A DNA stretch of 63,769 bases, the filler included, from Octopus bimaculoides (lineage: Eukaryota): NCBI RefSeq assembly GCF_001194135.2. It is 4 parts of 4 records of this genome, joined end to end, with 100 filler letters (N's around TTAATTAATTAA, not from the genome) between each part and the next. Parts side by side here need not be neighbours in the genome. Positions count along the whole stretch, not along the records: positions 30,895 to 58,451 come from NC_068994.1; 3 more parts are not named here. The stretch is one strand, 5' to 3'. The position numbers were made by a program, and so were the translations under genes. The notes under the pieces are model-generated. The model was not told the DNA's origin. It did no database searches and was given only the letters and a program-made list of their open reading frames with translations. The stretch's first letter is position 1. Each line of letters begins with the position of its first letter. Of the stretch, positions 39,881 to 54,059 are shown in pieces.

Positions 39881-40864
39881 AGGTGTCAGAATTAATAGAC
39901 TTTGATGTAAGAAATTACACATCCATCTATGGGTTACTGTCAGGAAGTAATTGTTGGAGTTAAATAAACTATTGAGGACGAGGAATGAAAATGTGGTTCT
40001 TTGTTTGAAGAGTGTCGAGATTCGGGGATTTTATGGAACATTCGTTGTCAGTCATAAACAATGCCTTAGATTTAAGATTATAATCTTCTCCAATTCTTTT
40101 CGTTATTGGTCAGCCCTATGCAAAAGAAAACTGCAAAAAATAACTATTGTCAACTAAACAATTTTAAATCCTAAGCAGACGCATGTTTTGTTTTGGTTTT
40201 CAATTATAGTTGTGTAGTTTTTGTTCTTGCTTATTTAAATTCCGCTCAAACCACTTAGGTCGACCTAAGACTATAAAAATTAAGAGGTAAAGAAAAGCAA
40301 CATTTGTCCAAGATACTACACACTGAGATCGAAACTAAACCTGCTGATTGCTGAGCGAACATTTTAACTACTCTACTACGTCTGCGTATTAACACGGCTG
40401 GAGTTTTGCTTGAAGACTCCGTGTAGTTGCTTTCATCAACCCATTTTTACTCACACGGCTTAGGTCGACCCAAGGATATGATAAAAGAAAAAAAACAAAA
40501 AAATCCATTCGTTCTCAACAACCGACATTGAAATCGAAACCAGAGTTATCGATTGCTGAACGGACACTTTAACCATTCGGCTATGTTTGCGAAGAAAAAG
40601 ACATTTAAATACACATACAATTATACATACAATAAAGACTGGTTTTTAAGTGTAACAATGTACTGCTGAACCTTTTAAATTTACTCATTGTTGTATTAAG
40701 ATCTATCAGAGGAAGTTCAGATTCGGCCATTGAGGGTGACACCGAGTATCGGATGCGAGAATATAACACAATAACACAATGTCACTATTATATAATAAAT
40801 ATATACACAATTATATCTGTAACTAACACAGAAGCCATTCAACGTATATATATACATGTACACA

Positions 40865-40915
<51 letters not shown>

Positions 40916-41116
40916 GACGCGTGTGTACTTACGTGCGTATGTATACAGGATGCGTATAGAAGAATGGATACGGAAAAGTTACACATAAAATATTATTCAT
41001 GTATTCATATTTATATCGATAACTAGACACAGAAGCAATTCTTCAACAATACATACACACAGGATATGCATATGGAATACATAAATACACTTGGCCATAC
41101 ATCCATCCATCTATCA

Positions 41117-41149
<33 letters not shown>

Positions 41150-41159
41150 NNNNNNNNNN

Positions 41160-41200
<41 letters not shown>

Positions 41201-41729
41201 ATGTGTGTTGAGAGACGGAGACAGAGAGACGGGTTGAAGTGGTGGCGGTGATTGTATTAGTGGTAGAAACTATTAGATAATAGTTACATTTAAAGGGTTC
41301 AAAATACAGCAATATGATATTAGACATAGTTGAATAGACATCGTTAAATAACGCATTCATGAACCGCTCACTCTGTCGTTGAGGATGTTTGTTTAAACTC
41401 TTCCGTTTTATTCACCTATGAATGCTAATTATTTCCCTTTGTCACCATACAATACAACCTTCTCTCTCTCTCTCTTTGAATATGTGTGTGTGTATACGTG
41501 TATATACATATANNNNNNNNNNTTATACGTATACACACACATATATATGTATATACCTATATACATACACATATACACAGACATGCATACATACATATAT
41601 AGTTGCGGACGTGGCTTTGTGGTAAGAAGTCTGTTTGTCAACCACATGATTCCGGGTTCAGTTCCACTGCGTTGCACCTCGAACATGTCTTCTATAGCCT
41701 TCTGGGTGGTTTTGTAGAGGAAAAAAAGG

Positions 41730-41769
<40 letters not shown>

Positions 41770-41789
41770 GTAATATATGTGACAATTAT

Positions 41790-41965
41790 TCGGTTGCCAT
41801 AATAAGACTCCGAGTTTCGAATGTCATATGTTCTCCATATAGCATCTGCTTAGGAATCCTGCTATCCTTCATTCTAATAAGGTGTCCAGTCCAACGTAAC
41901 ACGGTGCTTGTGCACCATTGCCTTAATACTCAAGATATCAGCTGTCCTCAGGACCTGTGTGTCTG
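41790..41965 (-). mobile_element. RTE LINE internal fragment
   Basis: TQVLRTADILSIKAM...WTGHLIRMKDSRIPKQMLYGE, the classic RTE W.GH..RM...R.PK..LYGE motif. Confidence 0.9.
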
Positions 41966-42271
41966 AATAAGTTAAATCATATACTTAATATATATATATG
42001 TACATACATACGTGTGCGCGCGCGGGTCTGTCTGTCTGTATGTATGTACGTATGTATGCATATAGGTATGTACATATTTGTGTATGTGATTATGTGCACA
42101 TAATTTGGGAATGAAATAGCGTGGTTACACAGGTTCAATTCCAGCCGAAACACGTTCCAGCCGAATCAAAAACAATCAATGTGCATGCACGAAATTAAAA
42201 ATATAAATGGTGACAATTTGCCCATCATAAACATATATATATATGTATATTATATATATGTGTGTATACAT

Positions 42272-42327
<56 letters not shown>

Positions 42328-42532
42328 ATACATACATATATATGTTTGTATGTATGTGTATGTATATATGTATGTATGTATGTATCGATGTCTTAACTCG
42401 GCATTACCGAAGGTTTCATATGTTCGCTTCGCATTCGCAATTGTGTAGCATTTAGGGTGTCTTTTGCTCAGGGATTGTTTCAATACAATTGTAAAAGACA
42501 TTTAATCAGTCAGTCAATCAATCAATCAATCA

Positions 42533-42573
<41 letters not shown>

Positions 42574-43039
42574 ACATATGTATATACGTACACAAATCTT
42601 TACACAGACATACAAACATCAATACACAAACTCATATATATTTCTATACATATGTGTTTGTGTGTGTGCAAGTGTGTATACGCATACATATATACACATG
42701 ACTATACATATGCATTCATCACAAGCTCATAAACACTTTTGTGTAATAACGAGTACATTTTCTCTTTTGTCCTTTAACTGCGATGTAACCAATTTTTCCG
42801 GCTGAGCGACCCTTTTTAGGGACTATAGTTCACAGATAAAGAGCAGCATAAAGGGCTTCAATAAGAAGTTAACGTACCTTGGCCTAAACACAAACACCTT
42901 TTTTTAATTTGACGGAACGGAAAGGTGGAGTATTTAAAAAATTTTTTTATTACATTATCTTATATTTTCTTTCTTCCTTTGTTTGTTTGTGATTTCTCTT
43001 CTTTCTTTCTTTCTTTATTTCTTTATTTCTTTCTTTTTT

Positions 43040-43090
<51 letters not shown>

Positions 43091-43934
43091 NNNNNNNNNN
43101 NNNNNNNNNNNNNNNNNNNNNNNNNNNNNNNNNNNNNNNNNNNNNNNNNNNNNNNNNNNNNNNNNNNNNNNNNNNNNNNNNNNNNNNNNNNNNNNNNNNN
43201 NNNNNNNNNNNNNNNNNNNNNNNNNNNNNNNNNNNNNNNNNNNNNNNNNNNNNNNNNNNNNNNNNNNNNNNNNNNNNNNNNNNNNNNNNNNNNNNNNNNN
43301 NNNNNNNNNNNNNNNNNNNNNNNNNNNNNNNNNNNNNNNNNNNNNNNNNNNNNNNNNNNNNNNNNNNNNNNNNNNNNNNNNNNNNNNNNNNNNNNNNNNN
43401 NNNNNNNNNNNNNNNNNNNNNNNNNNNNNNNNNNNNNNNNNNNNNNNNNNNNNNNNNNNNNNNNNNNNNNNNNNNNNNNNNNNNNNNNNNNNNNNNNNNN
43501 NNNNNNNNNNNNNNNNNNNNNNNNNNNNNNNNNNNNNNNNNNNNNNNNNNNNNNNNNNNNNNNNNNNNNNNNNNNNNNNNNNNNNNNNNNNNNNNNNNNN
43601 NNNNNNNNNNNNNNNNNNNNNNNNNNNNNNNNNNNNNNNNNNNNNNNNNNNNNNNNNNNNNNNNNNNNNNNNNNNNNNNNNNNNNNNNNNNNNNNNNNNN
43701 NNNNNNNNNNNNNNNNNNNNNNCTCCATCCTCCTCCTCCTCCATCCTCCTCCTCTTCCTCCCCTCCTCATCCCCTCATCTTCCCCTCCATCCTGCTCCTC
43801 CTGCTCCTCCTTTTCCTTCTCCTGCTCCTCTTCTAGAAAGCCAAGGGATTACGACCGTGACCATCCCTTCTTGTAGGCTACGCGTGGAGAAAAGTATCAG
43901 CCCCCATATTAATGTATCCGTTTCTAAACCTACG

Positions 43935-43971
<37 letters not shown>

Positions 43972-44517
43972 GAGCTTAATAGAAGGTGATTTTGAAGGAC
44001 ATTTGACTATTAGCTTCGCGGCTGTCGTTGTTGTTTTACTATTTGTATTTGTTGTTGTTGCTGCTGTTGTTGTCTTCCATTTGTGTTCCTTATTTAATGC
44101 TTAATGACCGTTTAACAGTTTCAGCATTGATCAATGGACGATTTAGTTTTTAGTTGGTTAGATGCTTTGTCATATGCGAAAACGCTTATCGTCCAAACAA
44201 CCAAAACAGCTCCCAGAGGTCTCTCTCTTTATTTGGCTCTATTCTTCTCCTATTCTTTAGAACACCCTCTCTTCACTTCCTCTCTTATTCTCCGATTCGT
44301 CTCCATTTTGTTTCTTCATCATTCCCCACCCCCGTTCTCCCCTTATTCATTGTTCGTTCATTCGTTCGTTCGTACTTTCGGTCGTTCGTTTATTTCTTTT
44401 TCTGTATTCATTTATATTTCGAATAACTTTGCAGCCCTACACCGTCTCTCGATACATACATACATATAAATATATATATATACATACATACATATATGTA
44501 TATATATATATATATAT

Positions 44518-44842
44518 TACTCTTTTACTCTTTTACTCTTTTACTTGTTTCAGTCATTTGACTGCGGCCATGCTGGAGCACCGCCTTTAGTCGAGCAAAT
44601 CGACTCCAGGACTTATTCTTTGTAAGCCTGGTACTTATTCTATCGGTCCCTTTTTGCCGAACCGCTAAGTTACGGGAACGTAAACACACCAGCATCGGTT
44701 GTCAAGCGATGTTGGGAGGACAAGCACAGACACACGAACACATATATATATGCATATACATGTATACGACGGGCTTCTTTCAGTTTCCGTCTACCAAATC
44801 CACTCACAAGGCTTTGGTCGGCCCGAGGCTATAGTAGAAGAA
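44518..44842 (-). mobile_element. SINE family A, low divergence, gap-truncated
   Basis: Tail (TTACTCTT)n TTGTTTCAGTCATTTGACTGCGGCCATGCTGGAGCACCGCC through GGCCCGAGGCTATAGTAGAAG. Confidence 0.93.
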
Positions 44843-45083
44843 NNNNNNNNNNNNNNNNNNNNNNNNNNNNNNNNNNNNNNNNNNNNNNNNNNNNNNNNNN
44901 NNNNNNNNNNNNNNNNNNNNNNNNNNNNNNNNNNNNNNNNNNNNNNNNNNNNNNNNNNNNNNNNNNNNNNNNNNNNNNNNNNNNNNNNNNNNNNNNNNNN
45001 NNNNNNNNNNNNNNNNNNNNNNNNNNNNNNNNNNNNNNNNNNNNNNNNNNNNNNATATATATATATATATATATATACATACA

Positions 45084-45158
<75 letters not shown>

Positions 45159-45448
45159 AATAACATTATCGCTGCCATTACCACTATCATGAACGAGCGA
45201 CTCCTAAACCGTGTATGACGTAAAAGAAAGTTTGCTTTATCAAATTGAAACAACGTGAATTTAGATTTAGTTTATACATACGTGCAGTTTTGCAAAACAT
45301 ATACACATGTTATCTTCTTTGCTGGCTGGTTGTATGCTTCATAAAAATGATTTCAAGTATAATCTCCATATGGAAAAAATGGTTTCCTTCGTGACTTCAG
45401 CATAAAAATTTTATGAATTCCTCACGAAACATGATCATGGTTCTGATG

Positions 45449-45507
<59 letters not shown>

Positions 45508-45534
45508 GTCTGTCTGTCTGTCGGTCTGTCGGTT

Positions 45535-46142
45535 TACCTTTTGCTGAATCAAGTTATGGGGACGTAAACACACCAGAACCGGTTGGCAAGCGGTGGGGGA
45601 CAAACACATACACAAAGACACACGCACACACGCACGCACGCACGCACACAGACACACAAACACACACATTTATATACGACAGGCTTCTTTCAGTTTCCAT
45701 CTACCAGATCCACTCACAAGGGTTGATCGGCACGAGGCTGGAGAAAAAAAGAAAGGAGACACTTGCCCAAGGTGCCATGCAGTGAGAATGAACCAAGCGT
45801 GCTGTTAGTATTCTCCATAGTGTTACTTATTATTCTTTTCTTACTCTAGGCACAAGGCCCGAAATTTTGGGGTAGAGGGATGGTCGATTGGATCGATCCC
45901 CAGTGCATAACTGGTACTTAATTTATCGGCCCAGAAAGAATGAAAGGCAAAGTCGACCTCGGTGGAATTTGAACTCGGAACGTAAAGACAGACGAAATAC
46001 CGCTCAGCATTTCGCCCGGCGTGCAAACGTTTCTGCCAGCTCATTGCTTTATATTCTTTTCTACTCTAAGCACAAGGTCCGAAATTTTGGGGAAAGGAGC
46101 CAGTCGATTAAATCGACTCCAGTACGCAACTGGTACTTAATT
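45535..46142 (-). mobile_element. SINE family A (45535-45805) followed by two tandem family B copies (45832-46142, second gap-truncated)
   Basis: TTCTACTCTA.GCACAAGG.CCGAAATTTTGGGG occurs at about 45840 and 46060. Confidence 0.88.
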
Positions 46143-46768
46143 NNNNNNNNNNNNNNNNNNNNNNNNNNNNNNNNNNNNNNNNNNNNNNNNNNNNNNNNNN
46201 NNNNNNNNNNNNNNNNNNNNNNNNNNNNNNNNNNNNNNNNNNNNNNNNNNNNNNNNNNNNNNNNNNNNNNNNNNNNNNNNNNNNNNNNNNNNNNNNNNNN
46301 NNNNNNNNNNNNNNNNNNNNNNNNNNNNNNNNNNNNNNNNNNNNNNNNNNNNNNNNNNNNNNNNNNNNNNNNNNNNNNNNNNNNNNNNNNNNNNNNNNNN
46401 NNNNNNNNNNNNNNNNNNNNNNNNNNNNNNNNNNNNNNNNNNNNNNNNNNNNNNNNNNNNNNNNNNNNNNNNNNNNNNNNNNNNNNNNNNNNNNNNNNNN
46501 NNNNNNNNNNNNNNNNNNNNNNNNNNNNNNNNNNNNNNNNNNNNNNNNNNNNNNNNNNNNNNNNNNNNNNNNNNNNNNNNNNNNNNNNNNNNNNNNNNNN
46601 NNNNNNNNNNNNNNNNNNNNNNNNNNNNNNNNNNNNNNNNNNNNNNNNNNNNNNNNNNNNNNNNNNNNNNNNNNNNNNNNNNNNNNNNNNNNNNNNNNNN
46701 NNNNNNNNNNNNNNNNNNNNNNNNNNNNNNNNNNNNNNNNNNNNNNNNNNNNNNNNNNNNNNNNNNNN

Positions 46769-46833
<65 letters not shown>

Positions 46834-47789
46834 CATGTTTTGCAAAATGATGAAAACAGTAAAAAGATATGTTTTTCTTTTGCTTACGCCGCGAATTACT
46901 AAACAAATAACGAAGACGAACCACCTGGCTGGGTAAAGATTGCTTGGCAGAGTTAAGGAACAAGCAGTAGTACTGCTTGACTTTAAAGTTTTCGTCCAAT
47001 CATCTATCTCTGCATCGCCAAGGGCAGATCGAGTTTTCTTTTACCTTCAGCAGAATTACGGAATGTCAAATCTGGCCAATGTGCCGTTAATATCTCTGCT
47101 ATCGGTGACAGTGTTGCAGTTTCATCTCGAGAGTTCAGGAGGTTATCAACAGTACAGTGTTATCTCTTAGTCACCACTGATCCCAAGTCAAGGGCTTCAG
47201 TTATTGGCCAAACAACACGAGATGGTCATGTGACGAAGGTCAACAGGGCTCAGAGGAAGGTTGGCTCATATGTTACATGGGCTTAACGGAGTGAAGGCCA
47301 GAGGTGCAAAGCAGAAGGTATAGCTACTGTTGTGTGTAGTAGTAGTAAGAGACATTGGAGGGTTTTTTGTTCGGCAGAACTCGAGAAATAAAGTAAAAGA
47401 GAACAGCAGAACAAGAAGAAACAGTAGCAATGGTAGCCGCAGCAACAGGAGCAGTGATAGCAGCAGCAGTAGATAACAATAGGTTCTAAGTGTACTAGCA
47501 GTCGTACCATGGTCGCATCTTCGAGGATAGCCGAAACAACTTGCCTCGTTTTCAGGTCCAGATTTTACAACCACAGAATAGAGAATCCTGGGTCCTCTTC
47601 CACGTTTTAAACAAACAGAAGCCCACAACTGTACGACAGTACAGGAGATGGAATATGAGCAAGGTATTAAGTTGTCAACAACAATGACGAATAGGAAAAA
47701 CAGAATGACAGAAAACACAAATAGCCCAGGGGCAAAGTGTAAAAGATTAATACAAGGAGCACACTCACCATGTAATTAATGCTCCCGCA

Positions 47790-48110
47790 AAAAAATCTGC
47801 CTTGAAATTTTTTATGCACCAACGATAAATTTCAAGGGAAGTTTATGCTACTGTGAAAATTATATCATGAAATTTATGTTTCTACGAAAAATATTACCAT
47901 TGAATTTACGCATCTGAGAAAATTTTACATTGAAATTTACGCACCTACAAAAGTTTTTTGACAAAAATTTACTTGAAAATTCCGGTTTGGCAAAAAACAA
48001 AAAAAAAAATTGCTATGAGATTTACACTTCTTCAAGAAATTTACTCTGCATTTGCAAAAGAAAAAAAAAAATGCGCGAAAAAATTTACAATGAAATTTAA
48101 GTTGCGAAAA
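47790..48110. repeat. Degenerate AT-rich minisatellite, about 30-35-bp unit (TGAAATTTACGCA..GAAAA..)
   Basis: Recurrent TGAAATTTA motif at roughly regular spacing. Confidence 0.55.
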
Positions 48111-48343
48111 CCAATTCTCTGGTAGTGGAGCAGAGTTATTTAATTTCGATTATCAACGATCTGGATTTTGCCTATCGCCTTCCCGTAGTCGATAAAATAA
48201 AAGTACCAGTAAGATACTGAGGTTGATATCTTCGACAATCCTCTCCCCGACTTCGTAGTCTTGAGTCAGTGTTAGAAAATTGTTATTATTTACAAGTAAA
48301 AACAAAAGAAGAAATAAGATATTATTATTATTATCATCATCAC

Positions 48344-48394
<51 letters not shown>

Positions 48395-49550
48395 CATTAT
48401 TTCAGTAACACACCCCTTGTGCGAACGCCAGAGTGGAAGATTTCCGATGCGGTTACAGAAGTTTGGCACACTGCCCGGATCTCTGCGATCTCCAGACACT
48501 GACCGAATTCTCTTGACTCCAAGATAAGAGTAGCGGGACGCTGGTGAGAGACGGGTTAAAAGAATGATGCCAGGGAAGAATCGGTGAATGAGAAGTGGAT
48601 GTGGTTTGGGGAGAGAGTGGGGAAGCAATTACCATGGCGAAGGACGCGCGGCATCTCTGTGAATGTATGTATGTATGTATGTATGTATGTATGCGACTGT
48701 GTGTAGGTATACAACACCTTGCTACCTACCTACCTACCTACCTACCTACCCACCTACCTACCTACCTACCTACCTACCTACCTACCAACCTACCTACCTA
48801 CTTACCTACCTATCTACATACCTACCTAACTATCTACCTACCTACTACCTACAAACATACATACGTACATACATAGCTATTTACACATACTTATTCACAC
48901 ACATATGTATGCATGTATGCACACACATATACATATATACATTTATACACATGTACATACAATCATATACATGTAAATATAAGCATACGATATTAGTGCA
49001 CCTCTGCGTATATGTATATATATACATATATGTGTGTGTGTGTGTATACAAAGATATATATATATATATGTATATAAGTATATATATATATATATATATA
49101 TATAAATATGCATATTTACATAAATACTATGTGTATGCATATGTGTATATATAGACACACGCATTCACGCATATACATACATACATGCATACATACATAC
49201 ATACATACATACATACATACATACATAGATACATACATACACGNNNNNNNNNNNNNNNNNNNNNNNNNNNNNNNNNNNNNNNNNNNNNNNNNNNNNNNNN
49301 NNNNNNNNNNNNNNNNNNNNNNNNNNNNNNNNNNNNNNNNNNNNNNNNNNNNNNNNAAGATATATATATATATATGTATATAAGTATATATATATATATA
49401 TATATATATAAATATGCATATTTACATAAATACTATGTGTATGCATATGTGTATATATAGACACACGCATTCACGCATATACATACATACATGCATACAT
49501 ACATACATACATACATACATACATACATACATAGATACATACATACACGT

Positions 49551-50082
49551 ATGGTGAAACTGTGTACAGTTGTGGAAATCATCTGCCCAGCGGATGTTAA
49601 CATAAAGATCAGCGATAAAGAAAACACTTACGCTGAGCTATTGAGAAATTATCAGTTACTCTACCCGGGGTTACAAGTTCAGATCTATACCTGTAATTAT
49701 TGAGGCACTGGGATGTGTTACAAACTGTCTAAGCGCCAATCTTGAGAAATTAGGCTTCTCAAAACAACATGAGAGAAAGCTAAGTAGAAGAAAGTTAGAT
49801 CCAAGCCATCATTGGAACTTTAAAAATTTGTAAAGCAATCCAGAAGTTTATTATTTAAGTACATGTGCGCATGTCTAGACAAGCAACTATGTGCATGAAC
49901 ATATATACATAAAAGATTACGTACAAATCTGCATATGCATTGACTCCAAATATTGCACACACATACACATACCTGCAAGAATACCGTGTTGATGTTGGTG
50001 AAATTCCTATGAAGAAGCGTTGGCTCTGGGTTAGAAACCGGTTCTTTATTGGCAAGAAATCTTGAAATAAAACTAACGATGG
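49551..50082 (+). mobile_element. RLE-type LINE 3' end, copy 2, flanked by (CATA)n
   Basis: KLCTVVEIICPADVNIKISDKENTYAELLRNYQLLYP; collinear with 23568-23980. Confidence 0.85.
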
Positions 50083-50946
50083 CATACATACATACATGCG
50101 TAGATACAATATGGCGCCGTAAACATCGGACGTGCAGAGGTGCAGACGTGGAGCAACGTTCAAAATTTCTTTTTCAACATTTTCTTCAACACTTATACAA
50201 GACTCTCCGCCAACCTAAATTATTATTCCGACCGGATTTAAAAAAAAATAATACACATTATACCACGTGGAATTTCGCTAACATGATCATGGCTGAAAGT
50301 AATAATATGCAAGACTTTTCTCAAGTTTAAATTGTGATTTTTGTTTTTCTTATCTACATTCCAGCGACGGAACTTTGCATCTTTGTTAGAAACCAGTTCC
50401 ATCCTCGGAAGAAGAATTCAAATAATTAAAAGCAGAAGAGAACATACATACATATATACAGACAGACACACGTACACATACATACATACATACATACATA
50501 CAGACAGACACACGTACACATACATACGTACACACACAGACATACGTACATACATACACATACATACATACAGACACATACACATACATACACATACACA
50601 CATACACATACATACACACATACATACACGCATACGCATATATACATACATATACACATACACATGCACATACATGCACACATACACACAAACACATGCA
50701 TATATGCATACATACATACATACATACATACATACGTACACACACAGACATACNNNNNNNNNNCATACATACGTACACACACAGACATACGTACATACAT
50801 ACACATACATACATACATACATACACACACATCCATACACATACACACATACACATCCATCCATCCATCCATCTATCCATCCATCCATCCATCCATCCAT
50901 CCATCCATCCATATATACATACATACATACATACATACATACATAC

Positions 50947-51245
50947 AAGCCGGATATTGTTGTTTGGGACAGACAAAAAAAAAAAACGGATCTACCGTTA
51001 TCGAGGTCAGCTGACCTGTTGATGCGAATATCTCTTTGAAAACCAAAGAGAAAGAAGATAACTGTGTACAACTGTTTCGAAGCTTCCAGCCTCAATGTCC
51101 AGATTACAAATTTACATTTATACCAGTAATAAATGGTACACTTAGTAGTATAAGTATACGCCTAACTATCGGTCTGTATGAGCTTGGATTTTCAGAAAAA
51201 GATATCAGCCGACTGACTCACACATTACAAATACAATCTGTACTC
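50947..51245 (+). mobile_element. RLE-type LINE fragment, diverged subfamily, starting at a (CATA)n edge
   Basis: KPDIVVWDR...VIEVS...KEK...[11 protein letters not shown], a PD-(D/E)xK-type endonuclease motif. Confidence 0.85.
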
Positions 51246-51317
51246 TTTTGCACGGAAGTGACAGTGAGGGGCGCCTCTTACAGCAGGCGTTCAAACAGTT
51301 ACTATCTACTTTGTCAC

Positions 51318-51705
51318 ATGTGGAGGCGCAATGGCCCAGTGGTTAGGGCAGTGGACTCGCGGTCATAGGATCGTGGTTTCGATTCCCAGACCGGGCGTTG
51401 TGAGTGTTTATTGAGCGAAAACACATAAAAGCTCCACGAGGCTCCGGCAGGGGATGGTAGCGAACCCTGCTGTACTCTTTCACCACAACTTTCTCTTACT
51501 CTTTCTTCCTGTTTCTGCTGTACCTGTATTTCAAAGGGCCAGCCTTGTCACACTCTGTGTCACGCTGAATCTCCCCGAGAACTACGTTAAGGGTACACGT
51601 GTCTGTGGAGTGCTCAGCCACTTGCACGTTAATTTCACGAGCAGGCTGTTCCGTTGATCGGATCAACTGGAACCCTCGACGTCGTAAGCGATGGAGTGCC
51701 AACAA
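51318..51705 (+). mobile_element. SINE family C, full length
   Basis: tRNA-like A box TGGCCCAGTGG and B box GGTTTCGATTCC; tail GGAGTGCCAACAAC. Confidence 0.93.
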
Positions 51706-51967
51706 CTTTGTCACATACCTCCATTCTATCATGAAATCTTTTGTTGAGTGTTTTACTTTTCTTGGCAAATGGCAAAATAACAACCAAATCTCCCTTAATT
51801 CCTTTCTACTAAAAGCACAAGGCCTGAAATTTTTGGGGGAGGGAGCTAGCCATTACATCGATCCCAGAATTCGACTGGTATTTGTTTTATCATGCCCTAG
51901 GCATGTCAAATTAAAAAAAATAATCTTGTTATTAGAATGCCATTTGCATGCTTACATATATTTTAGC

Positions 51968-52212
51968 GTAGAGGCGCGTGGCTTAGTGGTTAGGGTGTCA
52001 GCATTATGATCGTAAGATTGTGGTTTCGATTCCTGGACCGGGCAACGCGTTGTATTCTTGAGCAAAACACTTCATTTCACGTTGCTCCAGTCCACTCAGC
52101 TGGCAAAAATGAGTCACGCTGCGATGGACTGTCGTCTCGTCCAGCTGGGGAACACATACGCCATTGAAACCGAGAAACCGGGCCCATGAGCCTGGCTGGG
52201 CTTTAAAAGGGC
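51968..52212 (+). mobile_element. SINE family C variant (short)
   Basis: GGCGCGTGGCTTAGTGGTTAGGG..GGTTTCGATTCC head; tail shared with 27850-27945. Confidence 0.88.
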
Positions 52213-52289
52213 GCATTTATTATTATTACGCTTCCGAAAAAAAGAAAAACCGTTGGAAAACAGTTTATAGCAGAGACTCCAGCAAATAA

Positions 52290-52325
52290 GATCTGAAGAA
52301 GGAATTCTAATTCCGAAATATCATC
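52290..52325 (+). ncRNA. Minimal type I hammerhead ribozyme motif (AUAU helix III)
   Basis: Stem I GAU/AUC; CUGAAGA plus A; perfect stem II GGAAU-UCUA-AUUCC; GAAA; AUAU palindrome; AUC site at 52322. Confidence 0.7.
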
Positions 52326-53462
52326 GGACTATAGATAACCATGTTACAACAGGTATATAGTCCATTTTTTGTTCTATAGTACATTGTTATACCATTGTAA
52401 ACTTTTTATTCTTTACAAACAATATACAATGCTTCAAGCGAACTACAATACTCTATTATTATTATATATTTTAGCAACAGATAATTTCTCATAAGTAAGC
52501 TTTTTTATGACATGACATTGGTCATTGCGGCGCTTTAGTAGAAGACTCTCTCTTGCCCCAAGGTGCCGCACAATGTGACTGAACCCTGGTTCCACGTCGT
52601 TGCGAAGCGAATTTCTTAACCTCACAGCCATTATTACGTGCAGAGCGAGATGGTCACAGACTGGAAAGTCTCTCTGCTCGAGGTGAGACGACTTAGAGAC
52701 GAAACAGCAGCAGCCGCGGCGGCGGCGGCAGCGGCGGCTGAGGCGGTGACGACGGCGACGGCTACAGCAGTAGCAGCAACAGCGGAGACCGCAGCAACAG
52801 GAGCAGCAGCAACTGCAGCAACAGCAGCGACGACGACGACAACAACAGACAAGAAGAGACCACGATAATAATTGGATCTAAATATAGCAAGTCGTATATG
52901 AACGGTTAAATCCGCCAAGATGTAAATAGATATTTTCAGACGATATCGTTGATCCATAAAAATATGTGGTATGTGTGCGTGGTGGTGGTGGTGGTGGTGG
53001 TGATGGCGCTGGTAGTTTTCTTTATCAGAGTATATGTTACCCAGTTTATAACGAGAAATTGTGTAGTGTAGGCTATTTATTTATTTATTTAGTTAGTTAT
53101 TCATTCGAAAAGGTGATATACTGAGCTGTAGGGTTTGTGGTATATGAATCGTGTTAATGAGAGGTGTTCGGTCGTTTGTGGAACTTTGAATGGCTGTGAT
53201 TCCAGATGTGTTAATTATAGCATTATTAGTAACTTTACTAAGGGNNNNNNNNNNNNNNNNNNNNNNNNNNNNNNNNNNNNNNNNNNNNNNNNNNNNNNNN
53301 NNNNNNNNNNNNNNNNNNNNNNNNNNNNNNNNNNNNNNNNNNNNNNNNNNNNNNNNNNNNNNNNNNNNNNNNNNNNNNNNNNNNNNNNNNNNNNNNNNNN
53401 NNNNNNNNNNNNNNNNNNNNNNNNNNNNNNNNNNNNNNNNNNNNNNNNNNNNNNNNNNNNCC

Positions 53463-53770
53463 ACTTTGCCTTTTTATCTTTTCAGGGTCGATAAATTAAG
53501 TACCAGTGATACACTGGGTCGATGTAATCGACTTATACCCTCCCCCCTCAAAAGCCCCGAAATTTTTGGGATGAGTTAGTTAATTAGATTTTTGGGATGG
53601 GTTAGTCGATTAGATCGTTCGCAGTGCGCAACTGGTACTTAATTTATCGACTCCGAAAGGACGAAAGGCAAAGTCGACCTCGGCGGAATTTGAACTCAGA
53701 ACGTAGCGGCAGACGAAATACCGCTAAGCATTTCGCCCGGCGTGCTGACGTTTCCGCCAGCTCACCGCCA
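53463..53770. mobile_element. Tail-to-tail inverted pair of family B SINEs
   Basis: 53463-53506 is the reverse complement, with mismatches, of 53631-53673; pairing extends inward. Confidence 0.88.
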
Positions 53771-54059
53771 TCTCCAGGATACAATTCGACATAGAATATA
53801 GTATATTATTTACATTATTTACATTATTTATATTTGACGGATGTACAGTTCTATATAAATATAGAACTGTATAGAATATAGTGTGAATCTGTCATGCAAA
53901 CCTTCAAACATCGTCACTATCTTTCCAAATCCTGCTGCATTTCATATGGAGTTTTTGGTCCTTCATAATCATCTCGGTGTATAAGTCACCTACCTTTTGT
54001 TGGCTGTGAATTTTGCTCGGAAAAATTCGACTTGTATCTTCATTTATCTTCTTTCTTGA

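Noticed and set aside
42878-42883. 6-nt minus-strand micro-exon (TTTAG|GCCAAG|GTACGT)
   Set aside because: Too short to distinguish from chance without RNA data.
48988-49550. About 190-bp direct repeat across an N gap (similar cases at 55197-55716 and 35940-36020)
   Set aside because: Identical copies abutting gaps are typical unmerged contig overlaps.
51318-51390. tRNA gene candidates in SINE heads
   Set aside because: A/B boxes are present but there is no complete cloverleaf, and they continue into multicopy SINE bodies.
52638-52868. Poly-Ala/Thr ORF with (GCG)n
   Set aside because: Low-complexity trinucleotide run readable in several frames, with no domain.
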